Source: a virus
Lineage: Duplodnaviria; Caudoviricetes
Virus record (IMG/VR): IMGVR_UViG_3300034116_000957
Coordinates: 1 to 61,937 of that record
Reading direction: 5' to 3' (one strand)
DNA length: 61,937 nt
Shown here: positions 1 to 10,200 of the stretch, piece by piece
Numbering within the stretch: the stretch's first letter is position 1
Layout: each line of letters starts with the position of its first letter
The notes under the pieces: model-generated
The model's database searches: none
What the model was told of the DNA's origin: nothing
What the model saw: only the letters and a program-made list of their open reading frames with translations
Made by a program: the position numbers and the translations under genes

Positions 1-401
1 AGCCAGGTTAACTGACTGCTTCATTGGTCGTCGGTATTTGGATACCGTTTACGGTACAGATGAATACTGCGCGAGTGATCTGTATCGCATTAAAAACGTC
101 ATGGTGCTAAACGATGACGGCAACTATAAGCGCATGCGTTTAGTTGAATGGTACGAAGGCAATAACGATGTATACCGTCGTGACACTCAGCCATCAACTC
201 CAACACATGCATTGATATTTGGTCCTAACCGAATTAAGCTTTACCCATCGCCTTCAGTTAGTACGCCTTCAGGGATCATGATTGAAGGCTACGCTATTCC
301 TGGAGATGTATGGACGTACACGACTGCTGGTACTCCGTCGACAACTCCAGCCGACCAACAAGAATGCCCACTGCCAGATATTGCGCACGACTGCATTGTC
401 T
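1..401. repeat. Terminal direct repeat / circular overlap, copy 1
   Basis: 1-401 matches 61537-61937 except at positions 80, 172, 202, 208, 259 and 274. Confidence 0.95.
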
Positions 402-532
402 ATGGTGTTCTATTCAAAAAAGCAATGCAGCAACGCGATGTTGAGATGCTTCAGTATTATCAATCAGAATACGAGAAACGTATGGGTATGGTTGAGAGCT
501 TTGCTGCAACCTATGCAAGGAGAGCTACGTAA
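1..532 (+). CDS. Putative head-tail adaptor, 3' part (true start ATG at 61418, across the junction)
   Basis: Frame continues from MTRAEIKRQVRLLG at 61418; lies after the capsid genes; LYPSP...IEGY...LPDIAHDCIVYGVL pattern typical of podophage adaptors. Confidence 0.6.
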   Translation, partial: ARLTDCFIGRRYLDTVYGTDEYCASDLYRIKNVMVLNDDGNYKRMRLVEWYEGNNDVYRRDTQPSTPTHALIFGPNRIKLYPSPSVSTPSGIMIEGYAIPGDVWTYTTAGTPSTTPADQQECPLPDIAHDCIVYGVLFKKAMQQRDVEMLQYYQSEYEKRMGMVESFAATYARRAT

Positions 533-1272
533 TGGCTATATCCATAGACACGATACGACAAGAGACTTATCGCTTACTAAACGAATCCTCTAACTCAACG
601 CTTGGTCAGCTGCCAACTGGCACTGGCGGAACAACAATTACTAGTGATGTTACAGTTAGGACATACATCCTTGACGGCATTGCCAACATCTGCCGATCGT
701 GTGTGTTTTACCCAGTAGTCAATACTGCCTCTCTGACTAATGGTACGAATGGTGTCACAACTATTGGTACATCAACTACGGTTCCCCTGAATAGCGAGCT
801 GTGGTATCCGACTGATGTTTACATCTCAACCACAAGATTGTCCCACGCTAGTGAGCAGTCAGTTAGAGCAAACGACCTAAACTACAAAACAACTACAACT
901 AACGCATCTTCGTCGATGTTGTATTGGTACAGACCAGACAATAATCGAGTAAACATCTACCCAGGCAACGCTACTGGTGGGTCTGTATCTTTAATTATTC
1001 ATGGGTGTGGGATTCCAGCTGTTCCAGCTCTTGATAATACTAACTCATACGACTTCCTACCTGATGACGTACTTCGGCAAATGGCTGGCGCCTATGCGGC
1101 TATGATGCTTGTAATGAAGAACACTGATGACCCATCAGTTGCAAGCAGGGCTTTCTGGAAACAGTTTTATGATGAATGGCGAATGAAACTCTGGCTTCAA
1201 CTTGATAAGTCTTTGAAGTCGCCAGGTTCACCATACGCAATGCCCCCAGTGCCACAGCAGGGACAAAGATGA
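532..1272 (+). CDS. Virion structural protein, probable second adaptor/tail tubular protein
   Basis: 246 aa; start overlaps upstream stop; similar layout to the preceding gene (IYP motif, FLPDDVL, C-terminal helix). Confidence 0.5.
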   Translation: MAISIDTIRQETYRLLNESSNSTLGQLPTGTGGTTITSDVTVRTYILDGIANICRSCVFYPVVNTASLTNGTNGVTTIGTSTTVPLNSELWYPTDVYISTTRLSHASEQSVRANDLNYKTTTTNASSSMLYWYRPDNNRVNIYPGNATGGSVSLIIHGCGIPAVPALDNTNSYDFLPDDVLRQMAGAYAAMMLVMKNTDDPSVASRAFWKQFYDEWRMKLWLQLDKSLKSPGSPYAMPPVPQQGQR

Positions 1273-1565
1273 ATATAGCCTGGGGTAGATTGATCCTTCT
1301 TGCCATAGGTGCATTTACCGCTTCGGCTGCTCCTGAGTTTGATGCTGCGTGGAAGGCGCAACATATTTCTGACAATGCGTCATTCGGCGTGGTGACCAGA
1401 GTTCTCTTATTGTGTAGCATAGAAGGTATCAGGGCTGGTATACCGGCTATGACTACTGCGTTGATTGCCTTCTTCATGCGACAAGATAGCAACCTACCAG
1501 TTTTTTCAGTTAAACTACCGGAGGTGAAGCGTGTCAGCGAAACGACGAGGGACATCGATGGATAA
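1269..1565 (+). CDS. Small membrane protein (holin-like)
   Basis: Hydrophobic segments; ATGA overlap with upstream gene. Confidence 0.4.
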   Translation: MNIAWGRLILLAIGAFTASAAPEFDAAWKAQHISDNASFGVVTRVLLLCSIEGIRAGIPAMTTALIAFFMRQDSNLPVFSVKLPEVKRVSETTRDIDG

Positions 1566-1836
1566 AGAACAGGTGATAGCAGGTGCAATAGGCGCTGTAG
1601 CAGGAACTGACTGGTGGGATAAAACCAAAGTCAAAAACCTGTGGCATGGTCTAGCTGGTGTAATTGTAGGCACTTTATCTGCTGTTTATCTTACACCGCT
1701 GATTGCTAAGCAGATGCAATGGCATACGCCTGAGCAGGTAGTAGGTGTCGCATTTGCAGTAGGTACTCTAGGCTTGCGGTCAGTTCAGCTAGTAAACGCT
1801 GTAGCTGAAAGATTCATTAAAGGGCTGAAAGTATAA
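1558..1836 (+). CDS. Putative holin
   Basis: MDKEQVIAG start after GAGG; 2-3 hydrophobic segments and a basic C-terminus. Confidence 0.5.
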   Translation: MDKEQVIAGAIGAVAGTDWWDKTKVKNLWHGLAGVIVGTLSAVYLTPLIAKQMQWHTPEQVVGVAFAVGTLGLRSVQLVNAVAERFIKGLKV

Positions 1837-1841
1837 CAAGA

Positions 1842-2090
1842 ATGGAAGAAGTTACGTTAGAAGGGATAGTCGTACAAGGTGTGACCATTAATGTAATGTA
1901 CGACGACAATGGCACTGAATTTGGAGATCAAGCAAGTTTAGACAGCTATGTTAATGAGTTGTCCTTTAGACCTGACCTGAAAGACATGTTTCTTAAACTC
2001 ATTTACGCGCAAGGCGAAAATGCCATAGTTGGTAAAACATTAGTGTTTAATCCTGATGCAATTGATGGTGTTATCGTAAGACTAGTCTAA
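1842..2090 (+). CDS. Hypothetical protein
   Basis: 82-aa ORF tightly packed in the late operon. Confidence 0.6.
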   Translation: MEEVTLEGIVVQGVTINVMYDDNGTEFGDQASLDSYVNELSFRPDLKDMFLKLIYAQGENAIVGKTLVFNPDAIDGVIVRLV

Positions 2091-3160
2091 TGGCAACAGT
2101 AACAGCAAACGGGTTGACGTCACTTGGTTATATTGGCAATAGGACTACAGGTACTGTTACCAATATATCGTTGGGTAATGTTGGGCATGCACAAGGTTTT
2201 CAGTTTTTTGAAAATGTTTCTATAACTCGTTTTGCTGTTTATGTACAAGCACTTACGACTAATCCGTCTAGTGCGCAGATAGGTTTACAGACCATTGATA
2301 CGGCTACTGGATTGCCGTCTGGAACATTTCTTACAAGTGTAGCAGCAAACTCGTACACTGCTAACTCCTGGAACATCTTTACTCTTGCTACACCATACGC
2401 TGTGTCTGCTGGAGATAAATTATATGTAGTCTGGTTTAACAACGCTGGGTCTACTATTAACCTTGGTCTACTAACTCAAGAACAAGGCGCATTATTTAAA
2501 TCTAATAACGGAACTTACTCAGCATCTAAAACTACAACTGCTGGTGCTTGGTCTAAAGCAGTAACATTTCCTTGTTTCTGTGGAACGGCAACAGAATGGT
2601 TTGGTGAAAGCAATTTATTTGGAACCACTCAATACACACCCAACTTTACTGATGAAGTAGGTTTTAGTATTACTATGCCTACCAATATGCCGGAAATGAG
2701 GTTGTATGCTCTTGAGGGAGCATTAGGTGTTTCAAATATCACTACTGCTGACGTCAGTTATAAAATTTACAACAGTGCTGGTACTTTGCTGCAAACGTTT
2801 GTGACTTATGACAACGCTATCTCGTCAACGAGTACTGCTGTCCCAAATTTTGTAGTCCTACGAGGGAATGGTACTGACCTCTGGCTTTCGCCAGGGGCTA
2901 AATACTACATCATGATGGCTTTGTCAGGTTCAGGTACTCCTGCAACTTATAACTTATCCAGAAGAGTAGATATTCAGAACTCATCTACGGGAATAGTAAG
3001 TAAATTTACTACAAAGGTTGGCACCACGTTTACGGAAAACTCCACAGAATATGTTCCTATTAGAGTTCTATTTGATGCATCAAGATATGAAAACACTGCT
3101 GGTGGTGGAGGTGGTTATGTAAATGCTTCACCCATGTTTACAGGAGGGTTTTCAGGATAA
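2090..3160 (+). CDS. Beta-rich tail/receptor-binding-type protein, paralog 1
   Basis: Thr/Ser/Gly-rich, two internal beta-sandwich-like halves, similar to the next gene. Confidence 0.55.
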   Translation: MATVTANGLTSLGYIGNRTTGTVTNISLGNVGHAQGFQFFENVSITRFAVYVQALTTNPSSAQIGLQTIDTATGLPSGTFLTSVAANSYTANSWNIFTLATPYAVSAGDKLYVVWFNNAGSTINLGLLTQEQGALFKSNNGTYSASKTTTAGAWSKAVTFPCFCGTATEWFGESNLFGTTQYTPNFTDEVGFSITMPTNMPEMRLYALEGALGVSNITTADVSYKIYNSAGTLLQTFVTYDNAISSTSTAVPNFVVLRGNGTDLWLSPGAKYYIMMALSGSGTPATYNLSRRVDIQNSSTGIVSKFTTKVGTTFTENSTEYVPIRVLFDASRYENTAGGGGGYVNASPMFTGGFSG

Positions 3161-4242
3161 TGCCATATGTGACATCTGGGCGATTTAAAGGGTTCCTTAA
3201 TCCTGATGGTATTGCAAGTTCAGCTACGTCAACATTTACTACGTTTAACTTAAACAATGACGACATGGGCATCGCATATCAAATCACGATGCCAGAGGCA
3301 GCCACAATTACAAGGGTGATGCTTTATTGTACTGCTGCCTCCGCACTTACTAATCCTGCTACTGTAAGGCTTGAAGGAATAGATTTAACTAATGGACAAC
3401 CTGATAATACGTCATTATCTGGTGCTGCTGTAAACATTCCAAACACTGCTGGCTTTCTTACAATAACGCTAACAACGCCATATTCTGCATCAGCAGGATC
3501 AACGTTTTACATTGTTATTAGATTGGCAAACCAGAACTCTGGAAGCCAAACCTTTAGTATTACAAGAAGATATACAACTACTACCTACTCACCACTCGTG
3601 CTAACAAGAGCATCAGGAGCAGGAACATTTACTAAGTTGACTACTACTAATGGTTTCCCACAAGCAATAGTTGGTTCTTCTACCAAATGGTACGGTTGGT
3701 CTTGCCCAGTGGCAGCACACGCATCTGGCGCTGTCCAGGCTAATCCTACTTACGTGGGTTTTTATTTTCAAACTCCAGCGTCATTCCCAGAGTTGTTATT
3801 AAAATCTGTTTACTGTGGTGTACAAATGACAGCCAACGAACTGACCGACTTCGTAATTTTCAATAGTGCTGGTACTACACTCTACAGTAGTGTTTATGAC
3901 AATGATCAGTTTTCGTCATCGACATCAACAAGGATGAATGAGTTTATAGTCGCCAATGGTATATGGATAACGCCTAGCACAAAATATTATGTAATGTTTA
4001 GATCCACTACTGCTGCTGCCAATAAAAATATCTTTAGACACCTTGTGGATGGGCCAGCAGTTGTTTCAGATTTCACTAATGGTATGGGATGGGGCGTATC
4101 AAGATACACATCTGGAACATTTGTTGATGATGGTACTGCTATACCAGCAGCAGCATTGGAGATATGTCAGATGAGATATTTTCAAACAGGTGGTACTCCA
4201 ATCTATTCAATTCCTTCATCATTTAATCAACTTAGTGGATAA
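3160..4242 (+). CDS. Beta-rich tail/receptor-binding-type protein, paralog 2
   Basis: Shares motifs with 2090-3160 (LTTPYSASAG vs LATPYAVSAG; IFNSAGTTL vs IYNSAGTLL; KYYVM vs KYYIM). Confidence 0.55.
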   Translation: MPYVTSGRFKGFLNPDGIASSATSTFTTFNLNNDDMGIAYQITMPEAATITRVMLYCTAASALTNPATVRLEGIDLTNGQPDNTSLSGAAVNIPNTAGFLTITLTTPYSASAGSTFYIVIRLANQNSGSQTFSITRRYTTTTYSPLVLTRASGAGTFTKLTTTNGFPQAIVGSSTKWYGWSCPVAAHASGAVQANPTYVGFYFQTPASFPELLLKSVYCGVQMTANELTDFVIFNSAGTTLYSSVYDNDQFSSSTSTRMNEFIVANGIWITPSTKYYVMFRSTTAAANKNIFRHLVDGPAVVSDFTNGMGWGVSRYTSGTFVDDGTAIPAAALEICQMRYFQTGGTPIYSIPSSFNQLSG

Positions 4243-4254
4243 TGTGAGGTAGTC

Positions 4255-5544
4255 ATGTTTCAGATAAAACAAAGCGATGCAGATGCAGCACATAGACGTA
4301 TACCTGTACTTCTTGTAGACATTACAGATGGGTTTACGCCAGAAACTGGCGTCACAGCCCCAACTATTAACGTTAGCAAGAACGGGGCAACTCCAGTGTC
4401 TGGTGCTGGTACATGGGCTGAGATCGGCAATGGTCAGTATTATTACCAGCTCACAACTGGTGAAGTAGACACACTTGGTTGGGTGTCGTTGAATATTGAA
4501 AAAGCTACTGTTAGCCGTGACTATAATTCCGTAGTCCAGATCATGGCATATGATCCATTTGACGTTGTTAGAATTGGTCTTACCGCTTTGCCAAACGCAG
4601 CAGCTGGTGCAGTTGGTGGTCTTCCAACAGGCAATGCGTCAGGTCAGGTAACTGTAGCAGCTACGGCTACTGGTGCTCTTACATCTACATCATTTGCAGC
4701 TAACTCGTTGACTGCATCGGCTCTTGCTACAGACGCTGTGCAGGAAGTAGTTAATGGTGTGTGGGATGAGCCTTACGCATCCCACACAACAGCTGGCACA
4801 ATGGGTAAGTTGCTAGACATATTGCGCAAGGCAAACTTTGTAACTGAAGGTACTGTTGCAGCATCTGGTTCTCCAGCTAACTCAACAGTGTATTTCAGGA
4901 CTAACTTAACAGGCGCTAATAACTTCTATACCGATCAGACATTGCTGTTTGTTAGTGGGACGCTTTCCGGCCAATCACTCCATATTGACTCATTCACAAC
5001 CACTAATGGGGTTATACAAACATCTGACGCATTGACCGCAACTCCGACATCTGGTGATCAATTTGTTGTGCTTGGTGAGCATTCTTGGTCACGTAATGAA
5101 ATATCCGACGCAGTGTTGACTAGAAGTCTTACTTCTGCTGGAGCAGCAAACAATATTGCGATCACCTCTATTGTGTCTAACGTATTTCAAGCTGTAAACA
5201 CATTGGCTGTTGATGATCGAGTTACATTCGTAGGAACCGCCCCGGTAAACTTTGCACTTGGTGTTATCTACTGGGTAATTTCCGGAAGCTTAACGTCAAC
5301 TACATTTACTCTTAGTACGGCACAAGGTGGACTTGGTATCGCAACACCGTCTACTGGTGCGTTTACAGCCACTAAGGTTACCGGGCGTGACATGCTTTCT
5401 GCTATGCGATATTTGCGTAACAAGGTAGATATTAGTGGTAGTACAATGACCGTATATCAAGAAGACGACACGTCTGCGGCTTGGAACGCAGCATTGACTA
5501 CGACTGCTGGCGTGAATCCAGTTACATCGTTAGACCCAAGTTAG
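4255..5544 (+). CDS. Tail/structural protein
   Basis: GAGG RBS; 429 aa; T/A/S-rich; VWDE...HTTAGTMG motif seen in phage tail proteins. Confidence 0.55.
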   Translation: MFQIKQSDADAAHRRIPVLLVDITDGFTPETGVTAPTINVSKNGATPVSGAGTWAEIGNGQYYYQLTTGEVDTLGWVSLNIEKATVSRDYNSVVQIMAYDPFDVVRIGLTALPNAAAGAVGGLPTGNASGQVTVAATATGALTSTSFAANSLTASALATDAVQEVVNGVWDEPYASHTTAGTMGKLLDILRKANFVTEGTVAASGSPANSTVYFRTNLTGANNFYTDQTLLFVSGTLSGQSLHIDSFTTTNGVIQTSDALTATPTSGDQFVVLGEHSWSRNEISDAVLTRSLTSAGAANNIAITSIVSNVFQAVNTLAVDDRVTFVGTAPVNFALGVIYWVISGSLTSTTFTLSTAQGGLGIATPSTGAFTATKVTGRDMLSAMRYLRNKVDISGSTMTVYQEDDTSAAWNAALTTTAGVNPVTSLDPS

Positions 5545-5553
5545 GAGTGAATT

Positions 5554-6036
5554 ATGCCAACTACAGTAGCTATGACGCAATATACAGCCACCGCTGTATT
5601 GAGCAAACTGCTAAATAACTCAGGTACTCCGCCGGGAGTAACAGGCGGTTTGTTTTTGTGGCTTTTGAAAACAGCGCCTACATCTGACGTTGACGTCGGA
5701 ACAGGTGTTACGTTTATTGCGACTACATACACAAAGCCACAGGTTCCATTTACTGTTGGGCCAGCTAGTACACCTGCTGATTTTCAACGTGCATTTAACA
5801 CTAGCGCTATCAGTATTACGATGTCTGGGACAACTGACACTGCTGTAGGTATTGCGTTGTGTACTAACGGTACTACGATCCCAACAGCTGCTGACTTCTT
5901 GACGGGTGCTACAAGTAATCCAGTGTTCTTTTACGGAACATTTACGTCAGGTATTACATTGAACGCCACAGACGTATTGCAGTTTGCCGCTGGTACAAAT
6001 GCTGGTCTTACTGGAATCACAATAGACTTGTTCTAA
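5554..6036 (+). CDS. Tail structural protein
   Basis: AGGAG RBS; beta-rich 160-aa protein in the tail module. Confidence 0.5.
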   Translation: MPTTVAMTQYTATAVLSKLLNNSGTPPGVTGGLFLWLLKTAPTSDVDVGTGVTFIATTYTKPQVPFTVGPASTPADFQRAFNTSAISITMSGTTDTAVGIALCTNGTTIPTAADFLTGATSNPVFFYGTFTSGITLNATDVLQFAAGTNAGLTGITIDLF

Positions 6037-6039
6037 AAA

Positions 6040-7299
6040 ATGGCTACACCACTTGCTGGTCTTCGCGGAGGCCCCAGATTTGGCGTTTTAGGCGTCCCAT
6101 TTGGGGTCTCTTCTGGTACTAAAACAGGAACGGTATCAGCTGGAAGTTCTGCAAGAGTAACAATAAACCCTCCTGCTAGGACGGTAATTGCCAGCGTCTC
6201 CATGTCCTCAAGGGCTAGGTTGACGCCAAGATACATAGCTGTTGTTAAACTAAGGTCTAGTGCCAAGGTAACACCAGTTGCGTCTGTTGCTAAACAGGCA
6301 TCTATAAGTTTAAGTTCTAAAGCTAGGCTAACACCGTTAGCTGCAAAAACACAGATACGTGCAATAGCTTTAAGTGCTAAGACGTCTGTCTTACCCGTTG
6401 CTACAGTCAGTAAGACTACGTCTGTTTTACTGTCAAGTAAGACAGTAATCACACCTGTTGGTTCAAAAAGTGGCAATCCAGTAGGTATTGCCCAGTTATC
6501 AAGTAAAGCAAGAGTTGCTCCAGTAGCAACAGTAACTAAAGCAGTAGTTGCCCTACTGTCAAGTAAAGCAAGAGTTGCTCCAGTAGCAACAGTAACTAAA
6601 GCAGTAGTTGCCAAGTTATCAAGTAAAGCGACTGTGGCGCCTGTTGGATCCAAGAGTGGAAACCCAACAGGTATTGCTCAGTTGTCTGCTAAGGCAAGAG
6701 TCGCACCAATTGCGACAGTAATTAAAACAGTATCTGTCTTACTGTCAAGTAAATCGACTGTGGCTCCTGTTGGATCCAAAAGTGGTAGTCCGACAGTAAT
6801 TGCTCAGTTGTCTTCTAAGGCAAGAGTCGCACCTGTAGCTGCTGTAGTAAAGGTTGCTACATGTTCTTTATCTAGTAAGGTAATCGCAACACCTGTCGCA
6901 TTTGTGACAAAAATAGTTGCGCTTAAATTAACATCAAAAGCCACACTGTCTAGTAGTGCAAACAAACTAAAACTTGCATCGGCACAGCTCTCAAGTAAAA
7001 CAACACTGTCAACAGCAATCAATCCTACTGTTGTCAAGATTGCTGTAATTACAGTATCGTCACATGCTAATGTAACTACATTCCAGTCAGTTAGGCGTAC
7101 ATACACTCAAGCTATTTCGATGAGGTGTAATGCTACCCTTAACCCTATAAACGTACCTATTGCAGAAGACTGTAATTGCCCTGATTGGATAATAGATGGG
7201 GCTACTGTTTGCACTGTGTCTAGGGATGGAACATTGGGTAATAATGCAGTGATAACTGCTACATTACCAAGACAGTTTAAACGAAAAGGTTGTGAGTGA
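6040..7299 (+). CDS. Repeat-rich basic structural protein (~20-aa LSSKARVAPVA repeats)
   Basis: Many ~20-23-aa repeats; near-perfect 60-bp tandem duplication around 6499-6629. Confidence 0.6.
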   Translation: MATPLAGLRGGPRFGVLGVPFGVSSGTKTGTVSAGSSARVTINPPARTVIASVSMSSRARLTPRYIAVVKLRSSAKVTPVASVAKQASISLSSKARLTPLAAKTQIRAIALSAKTSVLPVATVSKTTSVLLSSKTVITPVGSKSGNPVGIAQLSSKARVAPVATVTKAVVALLSSKARVAPVATVTKAVVAKLSSKATVAPVGSKSGNPTGIAQLSAKARVAPIATVIKTVSVLLSSKSTVAPVGSKSGSPTVIAQLSSKARVAPVAAVVKVATCSLSSKVIATPVAFVTKIVALKLTSKATLSSSANKLKLASAQLSSKTTLSTAINPTVVKIAVITVSSHANVTTFQSVRRTYTQAISMRCNATLNPINVPIAEDCNCPDWIIDGATVCTVSRDGTLGNNAVITATLPRQFKRKGCE

Positions 7300-10200
7300 T
7301 GCCTGATAACACTAGACAAATAGGATCTGGAACGCAGTCGTACATATTGGGCGACAGGCGATTCATTGGCATTGACACCAACCTTCCTCCAAATACCCTC
7401 GACGTTGGCTTCATGCAAGACGTCACAAATATGTGGGTTGATGGAACTTCATTGTCTCCACGTCCGGGTTGGCAAGCCGAAACTACAGCTACGCTTGCTA
7501 ATCCTATATACGCATTGATTGGCTACCGAACAAAGGATAACCAAGACAATAAAGTCATATTTGTCAGTGGTAATTCTATTTACTCACACACGGTGTCTAG
7601 TCCAGTCACAACTACCAACACTCACCTTGGATACGGGTTATGGCCTGACGCAAGCCAGGTAAAGCTCGTGCAGCACGGCAAATACATCTATGGCGTACCT
7701 GGGCGCGGTACAGACACAGGAGCAAACCCTGCGTACACTGGCGGCTGCGTGTTTCGTACAGATGGAGCCAATCCTGTTGAGTACATCCCGCAGTTGGAGT
7801 CAGTCACAACTGATGGTGAATCTTACATGCAAAGTAAGGCTAACCTTACAGGTGTAGTGGTCAAGTCCATTGCATCTCGAACTGATATTGACGAGGCATA
7901 TCTAACAGCCGCTGAGTCTGCATTCGGTAAGACTGCTCTTTCAGGGTGGCCATCTACGTGGTCGGACAACCTTCTTAAAAACTCTACGCGTTCACCAGCA
8001 TTGTCTCCGATTATCCCTAGTGGAGACTTCGATGGATACAATGACGCCGCCAACAGTGGTAATGCTGATTTTGCAGCTGATTGGTCTAGTGACGGTGGTG
8101 CATCAGTCAAGATTATTGGACCAACAGGTGGATTGGCCTGGGCTCAGAACACAAACACAAAGATCTTGGTTGCTCCAAATAGTAGTACATACACCAGCGC
8201 TGTCGGAGGAACAAAGAAGGCGATCCTTCTAGATAACTCTGGTGAGTACATAGAACAGACAGTCCTTAACCTTCCTTATGAGCAATGGGGTCCAGCAACT
8301 ACAACTACACCGATAGGTCTGTACAACCTTCAATGGTATTCATTTGCCAACATTGTAAAGACTGAAGGCAGCGTTAAATACTCCGTTACTGTCACTGGAT
8401 TGACAACAGCAGGAGCTGAGATCAGCGGATGTATATACAGTAAGGAGTACGCGCAAGCTTATTCATTGAACGAGTCAGACTGGCTGTTAAACAATATAGT
8501 CATTGACTTCCGTGAGTTTACTAGTCAGTTAAACAAGATCAAGATTAGGTTTCAAAGCACTGCCGTAATTAAGCAGCAAGACATTGTCATTGACAACATA
8601 CGTTTCCACGCCAGTGTTGCAGCACTAAGTACATCGTCTGATAACCCTCTGAACAACGCGGGTCTTGTGTCAATCAAGTTCAAGCAGGAGAACACAAACC
8701 TTGCCTTGCGTAACGCTAGTTACGTAAAGAATAGATCTATTCGAGTCCTGTTTACATCACCGTACAAAGACCTAACAACTGTAGATACTCTGTCATTTAA
8801 ATGGGACTTTGAAACGGGATCTGTTACTGACACTGGGTCTTATCCAAACATAGTTCTTGGTCTGCAGAAGAACGGATCTACTACAGTATCTTGGTCGTCC
8901 ATTGGTGTATGGGATAAAGAAAATAGATACATCTCGTTCAACCTATTTAGGTTATCTAAAGACGAGAAGAGTAATGTCCAGTATGTGTATGTCAAGTTCT
9001 TGGAGGACGTATTTAAATCTGATGGCACGTCGTTTGGTACATGGGAGCCAGCGTTTGGCATAGGAGATCTGGTCAGAACTGGCAACAGCATGACTCCAGA
9101 CAACGTCTATGAGTATGCCTTCACGAGATGGTACCCATCAAGTCTGACGGCTAAACTTGGACCAGACCAGCTGTTAGCTGACGGTAAAACCTCAGATGGA
9201 TATGAGACAAACATATCTGACATATCTAACAGTGTGTTTACTACAGCCGCCTTGACGTCAGTCAACTTGACTATCAACCCATCAGTTACTACTACGGGTG
9301 GAAACTACACGGTTGATATGTCAAAGGATAGGCACAAGGTTGTTGCAGTTACAGATGCGACAGATGCCGACCAACACCTTATTACACACGTCCCAGCTGA
9401 GTATCAGATACGGTTAGTGTCTTCTGCTGCGTCTCCCGCCATTACATATATCGCGATGGATGGCACAAGTGTGACACCGTCATGGACAGCTTTATCTGGG
9501 ACAAGTTATTTTTATTACAACATTCCTGCTACGGCAAGTGGGAAGATACGTTACGTCACATCTGTGACTGGTCAGATTTGGATTGACCATTATGTGTCCT
9601 ACGGTAAAGTCAACTACTTTGCCACAGTATCGTCAGGTAACACATCTATCTCCGTGAATACTCCGTTTGCGGTCAATGACCCAATTGTGTTTACGACTAC
9701 GCTTGGCAACATTACAGGTGGTGTTACTTATTACGTAAAGACTACTACTGGGTCGACTATAACAATATCTTCAACTGTTGGTGGAGCAGCTATCAGCCCG
9801 ACCGCATCTACGGGAGTTGGTACATATGCAACGATACAACGCGCAACGCTTGCTCAGTACAGTCATGTTCTTGTGTATCGTAGGTGCAACGGAGTATTTG
9901 GCGACGGTCGGTTTAGGTTAATTGCTGTAGTCCCGTACGACCCATCTACCACTGGACTTCAGACCATTACAGGAAAGAACTGGACTGCCACATATAACAA
10001 CTCAGCTGTTACAGATGCTGGCGTCATTACACTTGCGGACACAGTTCCGGATAGTGATCTCCTGTATATCCCTGAGTTGTATCAACAGGGACACATCCAA
10101 GAGATTGGAAGAGACAACCTGCCGATTGGTGCCAGTGCAGTAGCCCTGTTCCAGTCTAGGTTGTTTATCAGTAAAGGCAATGTAATCTACGGTACGTGGG

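Noticed and set aside
1-401. True biological terminal repeat
   Set aside because: It starts and ends in the middle of a structural gene, so an assembly overlap is more likely.
6033-7418. Antisense ORFs over the repeat-rich gene, and similar shadow ORFs across the genome
   Set aside because: They lie opposite well-supported genes and reflect codon bias; no RBS or operon context.
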